Positions 13,021 through 24,915 of a DNA stretch of 64,000 bases are shown piece after piece. Position numbers and translations under genes: made by a program. This stretch comes from Octopus bimaculoides (lineage: Eukaryota). The stretch is taken from positions 106,473,462 to 106,537,461 of the forward strand of contig NC_068985.1 in assembly GCF_001194135.2 (NCBI RefSeq). Reading direction: 5' to 3'. The notes below the pieces were generated by a model, which worked only from the letters and a program-made list of their open reading frames with translations, did not search any database and was not told the origin of the DNA. Within the stretch, counting starts at the first letter, position 1; each line of letters starts with the position of its first letter.

Positions 13021-13498
13021 TTTACTCCTTGTCGATGACATGTACTGGCAATCACATTCTTAGACGAAATTTATTGTCTCTGATATAGGAAACAGGGAAT
13101 AATGCATTCACTAATACTGTGAATAGCTGCTGGACTGCATGAAAATCAGGTGTATGTAATTGTAGAAATATTAGATTAAAATAACCCTCTATATATCATA
13201 CTTAATGCATATGGACCATTGACAGGCAAGATACTCTGGTTTTCATCTGAAATACAATATCTTTTAGACATGCTGTGTTAAAAAACACAATATATGTATA
13301 CATCAGAGAGAGACAAAAAATTGTTTTAGCAACAAGAAAGAACACCAAATGCATTTCACCATGCTTAGGCCTTGAAAGTCAATTATAAATAAAATGGTGC
13401 ACATTTAAGGAAAGCTTCTTTTATAAGCTTACTATTGCTTGCTGCTTGGTGATTTTATGTGATCAACAATACTAAAAATGGGAAAATCTTGCCAAGAA

Positions 13499-13728
13499 TT
13501 TAAACCTTTTGATGCCGACCTGCCTGAAACCACTTCTGATCCTATGTTACAAGCTTTTTGTTATGAAGTGACCTGAATTAATATCTTCCATCAAAATTTC
13601 ATGTTAATATATGTTCCAGACATCAGATTAATAATGTCAAGATTATTTTACTAAATTCTTCATTATTTGAAAAATTCTTTAAAGCAAAAACAGTGGATCT
13701 CAACAGAAATATGGTAACAAAAATGTTA
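13499..13728. mobile_element. piggyBac-like (TTAA) MITE, diverged
   Basis: The same roughly 230-bp sequence recurs at about 20058-20220 and 61670-61895; TTAA-CC-type left end. Confidence 0.5.
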
Positions 13729-14819
13729 GATAAGTTCTCTCATTAGGAGAATTTTTAATTTAGCTGTTGAAACATATATTCTTTGCAGTCTTTGATAATT
13801 TTTTCAAGAAATAACAGGTGCTTAGTGTCAAAATGCTCAAAACTAGCTTCTTATACAATGAACTTTACCACCCTTATCAATAGCACTATATTGTACCAAT
13901 TTTGAAAACTTCAGGTGTTCCTTTTTTGGTGATAATTCAATTTTTCTTAATAGCTGTTGATGCTATTATGATTGAGTTTGGAAAAATAAGAATACAAGAA
14001 CTGAAAGTAACAAAAACTAAAATCATGTATTTGTCATATTGTACTAGCCTGCATTAACATCCAATAAGTTGCTAGTTTGTTAATTTGTAAGTAACTTTTA
14101 ATTTATAGTTTGTAACAAAGTACTGTGTCATTAGATATCACTGAAAAATTTAGGGGAACTAATATAATTAACTTTTAAAATTACCTAAACATTTAATGAG
14201 CTTTTCAAAGTTTATTTTGTGTCCCTTAAAAAACAACAGTATCATTGCTGACATCCATGTCATAAGTTTGTCATCACATCCATAAAATATAATGCAACAA
14301 CCATATTCTGACTACTCAATCCTTTTGCTAGAAACTTACCTGAGACTCTCCTTAGTCTTATGATATGAATTTCCTGTTTAAAGTAGGTCAGAATTGATTT
14401 TTTTTAAACATGTTCTCCTGTACATTCACTTTCTTTCAAGTTTTTACTTTGTTTTTTATTTAAAACAAAATACTTGTTGAAACCGGTATGATATGTTGAT
14501 AGATTTGTAAAAGGAATTTTAAAAGCTAAAAGTTGTTTTAAAACTTTACTGCATTTTTCAACCCACAAACCAATCCCACCCCACCATCATCACAAAGTCC
14601 AATTCTTATAGTGTGGTGGCGGCTGGTGTGCTCAATGTCACTGGGAACCATCACAGCAAAGTACAAGCTCCTCATTGAACTTCCCATGCTGGACAGACCA
14701 AAGGATAGAGGCTAGGCTAATACAGATTGCCTCTTCCTTGAGGTAAAAAATGGGTTTGTACAGGGCCAATATCTCTAACTAGAAAAAGCAAAGTTACAGG
14801 AGCATTAAAAACAATTCAA

Positions 14820-15040
14820 AACCAACTAGGGCTGAGAGTGGAAAGCATTCCCACAGGGAAATGCACATATCAGGACCTAACCTGGAACCCACAAGAGAAT
14901 TGAAGAGAAGACGCCCTAAATATAACTGGAGGTGAGATAATGAGACAGAACTGGAAAGGCAGGGATCCAGCCAGAAAGGAGCAGAAAAAACAGTCAGGGA
15001 CAAGGACGGGAGTAAAGTTGTTGATAGGGAGGGAAGCACT
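14820..15040 (+). pseudogene. Old RTE-clade LINE ORF C-terminal fragment
   Basis: LTWNPQ.../KRRRPKYNWR*DNE resembles the RTE ALTWNPQGKRKRGRP..TWRR motif; frameshifted. Confidence 0.5.
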
Positions 15041-15737
15041 TAAGTACACACCCATGTTATTTCTGAATGATTAGTTAATGACTCTTTTCAGAGTCTTCAT
15101 GATTGCTGAGAGGAAGTGCAGAAATTTTTCATAGACTGGGAACCTGGTCTGGATAATGCTTGCATAAAAAGATATGTCAGTAGGAAATAAGTCACAGCAA
15201 ACAGTCTTCTCTTTCCCTAGTTTTTCCTTTTATGCTTTATATTTTAACAATTAAATTGCTGTATTAATTAAATACAGAAAAGTGAATTATTTAATTTGAT
15301 CAGTAAATAGTTAATTAGTAGATTTAGATTTAATAAGTTAAGGGTAATATGATGGTATACAAGACCAATCCTTTGAAGTTTATTTTAGAGTATAATGAGA
15401 AATTGCAGCACAGGATGTACCCAGAATCCAGCAAAACAGTTGCTGTTGTTTAGCCCCAGGTCAGTCTCGGTTGTGATCATTTCATCTTACTTTCCTATAT
15501 GACATATGTAGGCCAAAATTGTAGAATAGATGACGAAAGATACACATCATGATGTGCATGCATGCGTGCATGCATGTGTGCATGATCAAAGTTGTTTACT
15601 CCAGCTTTTTTGTATTAAGTAAATAAAGATTTTTCCCTGTCACGTAAACCATAGAGTGGGAGAAAAGATTTATATCAGCAGCAACATTAAAATAATATAC
15701 AGATGTATGTAAATACAACGTTGGTCTATAAATAGTC

Positions 15738-15891
15738 TCTTTTACTTGTTGCAATCATTTTGACTGCGGCCATGCTGAAGCACCACCTTTATAGTCGAGC
15801 AAATTGACCCTAGAGCTTATTCTTTGTAAGCCTAGTACTTATTCTATCGGTCTCTTTCGCCAAACCGCTAAGTTACGGAGACGTAAACACA
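15738..15891 (-). mobile_element. Family A SINE, tail half
   Basis: Reverse complement of 16380-16537. Confidence 0.85.
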
Positions 15892-15894
15892 CGA

Positions 15895-16021
15895 GTTCTT
15901 GTGCAGCAAGATAATGCAAGACCTCATATGGCTCAAAATACTCAGAATAAACTCCAGGAATTTGAGGGAAACAAACTGATGTTCCATCCAGCATATAGTC
16001 TGGACTTAACTCCCTCAGATT

Positions 16022-16026
<5 letters not shown>
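15895..16026 (+). pseudogene. Mariner transposase catalytic-domain fragment
   Basis: VLVQQDNARPHMA...FHPAYSLDLTPSDYY matches the mariner HDNARPH and HPPYSPDLAPSDY motifs. Confidence 0.85.
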
Positions 16027-16098
<72 letters not shown>

Positions 16099-16147
16099 AT
16101 GCTTGTGTGTCTGTCTGTCCCTCCAGCATCATTTCACTCAATATAAT

Positions 16148-16537
16148 GGCGCAGGAGTGGCTGTGTGGTAAGTTGCTTGCTTACCAACCACATTGTTCCG
16201 GGTTCAATCCCACTGCATGGCACCTTGGTCAAGTGTCTTCTACTATAGCCTCGGGCCGGCCAAAGCTTTGTGAGTGGATTTGGTAGACAGAAACTAAAAG
16301 AAGCCTGTCGTATATATGTATGTGTATGTATATGTTTGTGTGCCTGTGTTTGTCCGCCCAACATCGCTTGACAACCGGTGCTGGTGTGTTTACGTCCCCG
16401 TAACTTAGCAGTTCGGCGAAAGAGACCGATAGAATAAGTACTAGGCTTACAAAGAATAAGTCTTGGGGTCGATTTGCTCGACTAAAGGTGCTGCTCCAGC
16501 ATGGCCGCAGTCAAATGACTGAAACAAGTAAAAGAGT
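16148..16537 (+). mobile_element. Family A CORE-type SINE, full length
   Basis: GGCGCAGGAGTGGCTGTGTGG (A box), GGTTCAATCCC (B box), CORE-like CCTTGGTCAAGTGTCTTCT, internal microsatellite, and AAACAAGTAAAAGAGT tail. Confidence 0.9.
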
Positions 16538-16615
16538 AATGAGTATGTCAAAATACACACACATGCATACATATCTGTACTTGTGTGTGTGTGCAGGCAC
16601 ATATACGGACACTAG

Positions 16616-16647
<32 letters not shown>

Positions 16648-17359
16648 CACATGCAATAAGAAAAACTCAAATAGCCTCCTCACTAATCAGATCTTTGACG
16701 ATTTGAGAAATCCTGGCTTATCTGTAAACCTGCAGTGATGTGTCCTTAAAACAGCTCCAGTAGATAAAGCAGTTGGTTTGCGCTAAAATAGAGATGTTTT
16801 AATTCCAACGTGTATTTTGAGGAATAGTTTGTTGCTAGGAAACCACAGCTAAATGTATCTTTGTTTAAAATTTGCGTTTATATGTGATGCAGTGTTTTGT
16901 AGGCGTGAGGCAGGGCACTTATATGGGACATTGCCCCGTGTGTGTATGTGTAAGAACAACTGAAAATTTCTGTGTATGTACGTGTATGTTTGCACATGTG
17001 TATGCATTCATGTGTGTCCATCTATCAATCTATCTAACTATATACATGCACACACACACAAAACATATAAATATATATATAAATATTATACACACACACT
17101 CATAAGTATGTATCGAAGACTCTGGCATGGCTGTATGGTCTAAGAAGTTGTGTTCTTAACCATGTGGTTTCGAGTTCAGTCCTATTGTTTGGCACCAGGG
17201 TATGTGTCTACTGTAGCCTTGGCACAATCAAAGATTTTTGAGTAGATTTGGCAGAATGAAACGTACATACATGCATGCAGGCAGGCATACATGCATGTAT
17301 GTACACACACATGCATCTTCTCTTGGTATTGCAAACACCTTCCTCATGTGTCAACCACT

Positions 17360-17560
17360 GTCAGTGAGATGATGTACATGCAGCACTATATTGGGGTAAC
17401 ACAGGGTTCTTTTAAGATTAGATTGAATAACCACAGATCCTCTTTCAGGACTCAGGAAAACATAATGTCATGACTTGAGCTCGTTTTACACACTTTTTAA
17501 AAAGAGAACACAATGACACATAACATTATTTAAAGATTACTAGAAAGATCTAGGTTGTAT
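17360..17560 (+). pseudogene. PLE GIY-YIG endonuclease fragment
   Basis: HYIGVTQGSFKIRLNNHRSSFR followed by a decayed EL...RLLERSR segment; the same domain type as 51347-51660. Confidence 0.7.
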
Positions 17561-17962
17561 GTCAATAGCAATAGGAGATGCAGGCTATTTGGTGGGGAAG
17601 AAGATCACTTATCATTCTAAAAATCTCACATGATTTTTTGAACTCAAAAGGCAAAATTTTGGGTGTGTACTTGCATCCTCTAAAATTTTGGCGGGTGCAA
17701 AATCAAAATTTGCATCCCACCAACTTATTTTCCTCAGGTTTAGAAAATGCTGTTTAAAAATTGTTCAGTAAAAGTTACCTGAAGTTAGTTAAACAAGAAC
17801 AAAGAACAAAAATAAATAAAAACAGCTAAAAGTTTATTGATGAAGCTGGTCATGAAATTCTGAAGGGAATTCCCCAGAAAGATATATTATTGAACAGAAG
17901 CAGTGTCAACAACAAAATTAAAAGAATACATGCATATATACAATTATGATAACAACAACAAC

Positions 17963-17995
<33 letters not shown>

Positions 17996-18019
17996 TGTTA
18001 TTATTATTATTATTATTCA

Positions 18020-18457
18020 GTAGTTTTATTTTTATAACGTGCTTTCACTTCACTACCGAGCGCAGCTCTGTGCGCCTTGGGTATGTGCTGTGGTTTGCTG
18101 TGGTGCTCTTATGTTTACTGTATTGAAAGTGTTTTGCGTAGGATGTGTGCAGTACCCAGTAGTGCAATTTTCTGTATGTTATATATATTTGTAAGTCCTG
18201 CTATTTTTGTTATGTATTTGTCTGAATATTTTTTTATTATACCTAAGGCACCTACTATGATAGGAATTGTTTCTGTTTTTAGATTCCACATTCGAGTTAT
18301 CTCTATTTCCAGGTCTTTGTATTTTGAAAGTTTTTCCATTTCTTTTAGAGAAACGTTGTCATCTGCTGGTATTGATACATCAATTAGAAAGCATTTTTTT
18401 TCTTCATGATCTTTGACAACTATATCTGGTCTATTTGCCTTAATTTCTCTATCTGTG

Positions 18458-18459
<2 letters not shown>
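18020..18459 (-). mobile_element. 5'-truncated R4/Dong-clade non-LTR retrotransposon (restriction-like endonuclease C-terminus plus 3' UTR)
   Basis: Uninterrupted frame REIKANRPDIVVKD...FLIDVSIPADDN...EKLSKYKDLEIEITRMW...GALG...LLGTAHILRKTL*. Both flanks are (TAA)n on the element strand. Confidence 0.88.
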
Positions 18460-18510
<51 letters not shown>

Positions 18511-19171
18511 GATGATGATGATGATGATGCCTGTGTTTGTTTTGATATTAAGATTGAAAAAATCATCTTTGTAAAAAATTTCAGAGCTGGGTTTCAGGGC
18601 TGTGCCCTAAGCACATTTTGTTACCAGGCTATTGCTCATGAATGTAATTTTGTTCAGAAGATATGGTTGAGTCCCCTCTTTGCTCTTGGGGATGATACAC
18701 ATACAAACTACACACTTCATTCATGGCTATCTCCATATTCTGTACCACCTCTGGTCTTAACACTTTATATTGTTTCCACATCTCCAGCCTTTTGCCTTCT
18801 ACACTCTCCTTCTTCCCAACTTGATTTAACCAGAAAATAAAGATATATGACTGAAACAATCAAGATCTAAGACAGAAATAATTAGCAGCTTTTATGTGTG
18901 TGTGTGCGTGTGTATGTGTCTGTGTACATGTATATCTCTATACATGTGTGAACAGGTGTGTGAACATGTATATCTCTATACATGTGTGAATGCTTACGTT
19001 TTGCATCTTTATATTTGAACATTTGAAGACACAAGGAATAAAAGATTCCTAACTTGAAAAATAGATAAGAGTTAGTGACAGGAAGGGCATTCAGCAGTAA
19101 ATTTATGCTTCAGTAATAAATATTCATCAAACTTGTAGCAGCATAAGAAACAGGACAAAAACTGAAAGAAT

Positions 19172-19249
<78 letters not shown>

Positions 19250-19253
<4 letters not shown>

Positions 19254-19442
19254 GAGTAAGCACATAAATGTGCAACAAGGTGAAAGAAAAGAGTACTCAA
19301 ATACCAGAGGTAGAGTAATATGCTTTATTTAAAAGCAGCAGAAATATAACCAAAAAACTATTACTCAGAGTTTCATGTTCCCGGGAATGTGAAACTCCGA
19401 GTAACAGTTTTTTGGTTATATTTCTGCTGCTTTTAAATAAAG
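19250..19442. mobile_element. (TA)n-flanked PLE-type terminal remnant ending in a 120-bp palindrome
   Basis: Arms 19323-19382 and 19383-19442 match at 56 of 60 positions; TA runs on both sides. Confidence 0.55.
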
Positions 19443-20216
19443 TATATATATATATATATATACATACACACACATACACACACAGAGATAGATGTATACA
19501 TTAATTCATATATACATTAATGCATGCATCATACATAAATTAACACATGCATGGATACATGCATATGTATATGCATGCATATATTTATGCTTATATATAT
19601 GTATACATCCATATATGCATATATACATACATGCATGCATACAAGAATAAGTAAAAAAAATGTAGAGAAATGGGTGGTAGTGGTTTGATGGTTAGGTCTG
19701 GGTAAGGAATGTCAGACAGTCGTCAATTTAGGACTGCAACCTAGATTTTAGTTTGCGATTCTGTTGCATACTCATACCACCACCATCATCTTCATCACCA
19801 CCACCACCACCACCACCACCACCACCACTACAATACCCATTACCGCTATACCCACTATCATTATGCTGACTACCATCAGTTGCATCAATAAAAAAGCATC
19901 CAAATGGTCATTTGAGGTGCTAGATATAGTAACCAAATCTCCCTCAAATCACAACTTATCATCTTAAACATAAAAAGGACACATTGGTTAACATGCTTCA
20001 GGATACACTATGCTAACAAGATTAAAACTAGATATTCAATCAGTAACAACTTAGGATTAATTATTTTGATACTAACCCACCTGAAGCCACTCCTGGTTCC
20101 AGAATGCATCTACTTTTAAAGTAATCTAAATAAAAACCTTCCACCAAAATTCCACATTAATTTATGTTCCAAACATCAGCTTCATAATTTTACAAAATTC
20201 TTCTTTATTTTCAGCA

Positions 20217-20379
20217 TAGGCGTGGCAGTGTGGTAAGAAGGTTGCTTCCTAACCACATGGTTCTGGGTTCAGTCTAACTACATGGCACCTTGGGCAAGTG
20301 TATTCTACTATATCCTTGGGCTGACCAAAGCCTTGTGAGTAGATTTGGTAGACAGAGACTGAAAGAAGCCCGTCGAATA

Positions 20380-20452
<73 letters not shown>

Positions 20453-20695
20453 ATATATATATTTATGTGAGTGTGTCTTTGTGTCTGTGTTTGTTTCCCC
20501 ACTATCATTTGACAACTGATGTTGGTGTATTTACATCCCCCGTAACTTAATGGTTTGGCAAAAAAGACCGATAGAATAAGCACTAGGCTTACAAAGAATA
20601 AATCCCGGGGTTGATTTCTTCAACTATAAAACCCTTTAAGACGGTACTCCAGCATGGCCACAGTCAAATGACTGAAACAAGTAAAAGAATAAAAA
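20217..20695 (+). mobile_element. Family A SINE with an expanded internal (TA)n
   Basis: Head and tail match 16148-16537. Confidence 0.85.
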
Positions 20696-20924
20696 GAATA
20701 AAACAAGGGTAGCATATTTCAAGACAAATGTGCTAACACTAGGATTAAACAAACATAGCAACATGCCTAATATCACAAATCCCCCCCACCTCAAATCACC
20801 TCCATCACCACTAATATAAACAGCCACCAACACTATTACCAACATTGTCACTTGCATCATTACTACTTACACCATGACCACTTCCAACAAATATCCATTG
20901 TCACTACATGCTAAGTGAAAATTG

Positions 20925-21350
20925 GCCACTAATTGTGTTGTTGGCACTCCATCGCTTACGACGTCGAGGGTTCCAGTTGATCCGATCAACGGAACAGACT
21001 GCTCGTGAAATTAACGTGCAAGTGGCTGAGCACTCCACAGACACGTGTAACCATAACGTAGTTCTTGGGGATATTCAGCATGACTGAATATATACCATCA
21101 TATTTAGCGTGACACAGTGTGACAAGGCTGGCTCTTTTGAATTACAGGCACAACAGAAACAGGAAGAAAGAGTGAGAGAAAGTTGTGCTGAAAGAGTACA
21201 GTAGGGTTCGCCACCATCCCCTGCCTGAGCCTCGTGGAGCTTTAGGTGTTTTCGCTCAATAAACACTCACAACACTCGGTCTGGGAATCGAAACTGCGAT
21301 CCTATGACCGCAAGTCCGCTGCCCTAACCACTGGGCCACAGCGCCTCTAC
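20925..21350 (-). mobile_element. Family D tRNA-head SINE (OR1-like), near full length
   Basis: tRNA-like head at the right end, shared with 4532-4657; conserved central body. Confidence 0.8.
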
Positions 21351-21679
21351 GGCCAATAACTGACACAGATAGTAATTGAAAAGTCACAGATATCAAATTT
21401 TTATTCAATCTACCAGCTAAATGTGTATCAATAACTTTTCAGTCACTATTTAACTATATCAGTAAGTGACTGATTTTCATGAAGTATGCAATGCCAAGAG
21501 ATATTTGCTACTGATGAAGCTCAAAGAAGCAGAAATATGTATTTAGCAATGCCTCTACAGCCTGCTGACACATACACACACACACACACATACATGCATG
21601 CATAGATACATACATATAATGGCACCAAATAAGATCAAAATCAAAAGCAAATCAAGATCGAAATCAAAATGGAAATTGT

Positions 21680-21975
21680 AGTTGTGGCCGATGCCAGTGC
21701 CACCTGACTGGCACCTGTGCTGGTGGAATGTAGTAAGCACCATTCAAGTGTGGGTTGATGCCAGTGCCGCCTGATTGGCTTCCCATGCTGGGGGCATGTA
21801 AAAAGAACCCACTACACTCTCAGAGTGGTTGGCATTTGGAAGGGCATCCAGCTGTAGAAACCTTGCCAGATCAGATTGGAGCCTGGCACAGCCTAATGGC
21901 TTGCCAGTCCCTAGTCAAAACATCCAACCCATGCCAGCATGGGGAACGGATGTTAAACGATGATGAGGATAATGA
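21680..21975 (+). mobile_element. Family C SINE with internal tandem units
   Basis: Repeated GATGCCAGTGCC.CCTGA.TGGC units, followed by the family C tail. Confidence 0.8.
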
Positions 21976-21979
21976 CATA

Positions 21980-22247
21980 TATCTACATAAACACAATCTT
22001 TTACATATCCCCACAAGAAAAAAATCACACATGGTGATGTCTGGGGATCTCGTAGGCCAAGTACAAAGAGTGTCTGGGAGGAATTCTCTTATTGTATTGA
22101 TGTTGCCCATGCTGCAGGTGGTGGCCACAATGAACACTTGTAAGACAGGAAATAAAAGTTGATTGTGAGTAAATACTTGTGACTTAGCTTTTCCTTATTA
22201 AAATATTGTGTAATGAAATCAGATCATTCTTTTTGAATAACCCTGTA
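21980..22247. mobile_element. Rearranged Tc1/mariner-superfamily remnant with right TIR
   Basis: Minus strand WPTRSPDITMCDFF/LWGYVKDCVY at 21980-22059; plus strand VWEEFSYCIDVAHAAGGGHNEHL* at about 22070-22143; TIR TTTTGAATAACCCTGTA. Confidence 0.75.
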
Positions 22248-22272
22248 TATATATATATATATATATATATAA

Positions 22273-22690
22273 CAGGTATACCTCACCCTATGTCGTTAAT
22301 TGGTTCCAGAAGACACGACTTGAGTTGAATTAACTTGTTTCTAGAATAGGCTAGGCTGAATTTACTAGCTTCTGGGCTAAACCATTAATAACCATTCTCA
22401 GTTCTGTATTTTATTTATGAATGCATTTTCAATAATACATGGTTAATAAAAACCTATTTTAAGCTTACAAACAAATAATTTTTCTTATTGATGATAGTGT
22501 TCTTCATCCCTGGGGCTTCGGATTTGACATGTCCTAAAATCTTGTTCTTATTATGTACAGTTGCTCGACTCATCCCAAAAGATCATGCAATTGCTGCCAC
22601 TTTTTCACATTTTTCATGGCATTTTATCATAGCCAGTTCATCTTCCAGCATTATAGCATGACGCTTAGCACTTTCACTATGAATTTTCTG
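22273..22690 (-). mobile_element. Tigger/pogo remnant (TIR plus HTH N-terminus of the transposase)
   Basis: CAGGTATACCTC...TAATTGGTTCC TIR-like end; minus strand KRHAIMLEDELAMIKCHEKCEKVAAIA*SFGMSRATV resembles the CENP-B/psq HTH. Confidence 0.7.
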
Positions 22691-23379
22691 ACGTACGTAC
22701 GTACATACGCACATATGTATGTATGTATGTATGTATGTATTAGGACAGTGCACAGCACATAATAAAGTACAACATAAGCCTTTAATTGTAGACTTACTCA
22801 ATCAGGGCTAAAAAATAACAACAACAGCGACCCCTGTATTTGGTCACAATAACTTACTAGAAATAACTGACAAAATCACCTCATGTCACACCCTACGAAC
22901 TCATATAGAACAAGAGACATTATATTCTGAAGTCCTTAAATAGACAGGACGATATGGTTGGATTGCTTTAGATCAGATGTGTGCTCAGTCATGCTTGTCT
23001 TGGGATTAAACAAGAACAACTACTAACAGACACTGCCACCATGATTTAATGAAGGGTAAACTTATTAGAAATAGCAGCTAAATCATAGCCAACAGTCTTA
23101 GGAAAAAGATACATCAGATGACACAGTACTCAATAAACTGTATCTGAAAGGAAAAAAAGTAAAAACATTGGATGGTCACGGCTGGAATGTCTTTTTGACT
23201 ATAGGTTCATTTGATCAAAGATGACCTAGGGCTAAACAATACCACCCACATCAACATCACCCTCTCCAGTGTGTATAACAACACTAATAGCAAGTTAGCT
23301 ATATTATGACAACAAGAGACATTTGACAGTAAAAATAAAAGAGAAAGAAGAAAGAAAAAGAGTGAGAGAGAGTTAGATA

Positions 23380-23398
23380 GATAGATACATAGACAGAC

Positions 23399-23476
<78 letters not shown>

Positions 23477-23506
23477 GATAGATAGATAGATGATAGATAG
23501 ATAGAT

Positions 23507-23550
<44 letters not shown>

Positions 23551-23560
23551 CATATATAGA
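23380..23560. repeat. Compound (GACA)n/(GATA)n microsatellite
   Basis: Read directly from the sequence. Confidence 0.95.
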
Positions 23561-23899
23561 AAGATAGATAGAGTGAGAAATAATGAGTGATAGAGAGAAA
23601 GAGTTGATAAAAATATCAGCAGTTGACAGAGGATATGATTCTCAAGACAATTCAGAATGTTTTTTAAATGTCAACACTGAAATGTTAATAAACTCAAGTG
23701 TCCTTCTGCAAATTGCACAGTGAGACCCCACCCACCCACAGATAGCCTAACCCTTCACAGACACCCTACTCTTCACAGAACATTTTTTTTTTTCCACCAT
23801 CTCAGGTCATATCTCACACACCCTTTTAATTGCCTCCCTGTCTTGGCCTTCTCAGGAGGTGTTAAAAATATGTGGGAGAGGTTCACTGCAATATATATA

Positions 23900-24221
23900 T
23901 CCGTTGGATGTGTAATGTCAATGTGAATACCCGTCAGGGTGTAAGTATCTTGAGAGAAAAGCTGAACATTAGAAGCATCAGTTGTGGCGTGCAAGAGAGA
24001 CGATTGCGCTGGTATGGACATGTGGTGAGAATGGAGGAGGATAGCTGCGTGAAAAAGTGCCACACCCTAACAGTTGAGGGAACCCGTGGAAGAGGTAGGC
24101 CCAGGAAGACCTGGGTTGAGGTGGTGAGGCAAGACCTTCGTACATTGGGCCTCACCGAGGCGATGACTACGGACCGAGACCTTTGGAAATGGGCTGTGCG
24201 TGAGAAGACCCGGCAAGCCAA
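23900..24221 (+). mobile_element. RTE-clade LINE ORF C-terminus, 5'-truncated and running into a gap
   Basis: RWMCNV...QERRLRWYGHVVRMEEDSCVKKC...VEGTRGRGRPRKTW...DRDLW is a typical RTE C-terminal signature; frame intact. Confidence 0.88.
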
Positions 24222-24646
24222 NNNNNNNNNNNNNNNNNNNNNNNNNNNNNNNNNNNNNNNNNNNNNNNNNNNNNNNNNNNNNNNNNNNNNNNNNNNNNNN
24301 NNNNNNNNNNNNNNNNNNNNNNNNNNNNNNNNNNNNNNNNNNNNNNNNNNNNNNNNNNNNNNNNNNNNNNNNNNNNNNNNNNNNNNNNNNNNNNNNNNNN
24401 NNNNNNNNNNNNNNNNNNNNNNNNNNNNNNNNNNNNNNNNNNNNNNNNNNNNNNNNNNNNNNNNNNNNNNNNNNNNNNNNNNNNNNNNNNNNNNNNNNNN
24501 NNNNNNNNNNNNNNNNNNNNNNNNNNNNNNNNNNNNNNNNNNNNNNNNNNNNNNNNNNNNNNNNNNNNNNNNNNNNNNNNNNNNNNNNNNNNNNNNNNNN
24601 NNNNNNNNNNNNNNNNNNNNNNNNNNNNNNNNNNNNNNNNNNNNNC

Positions 24647-24915
24647 CAGCTGTAGAAACTCTGCCAAATCAGACTGGAGCCTGGTGTTGCCATCCGGTTT
24701 CACCAGTCCTCAGTTGGACGATTTGACTGAGGACTGGTGAACCAGGTGGTTTACACCACGCTCCAATTTGATTTGGCAGAGTTTCTACAGCTGGATGCCC
24801 TTCCTAACACCAACCACTCCGAGAGTGTAGTGGGTGCTTTTACGTGCCACCGGCACGAAGGCCAGTCAGAAGGTACTGGCAACAGCCACGCTCAAAATGG
24901 TGTATTTCACGTGCC
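24647..24915. mobile_element. Two family C SINE pieces joined tail to tail
   Basis: 24647-24712 (+) is followed by its reverse complement starting at about 24724. Confidence 0.75.

Noticed and set aside
16148-16225. tRNA-like sequences (A and B boxes) here and at other SINE heads
   Set aside because: They continue into SINE bodies and lack a complete cloverleaf, so they are not called tRNA genes.
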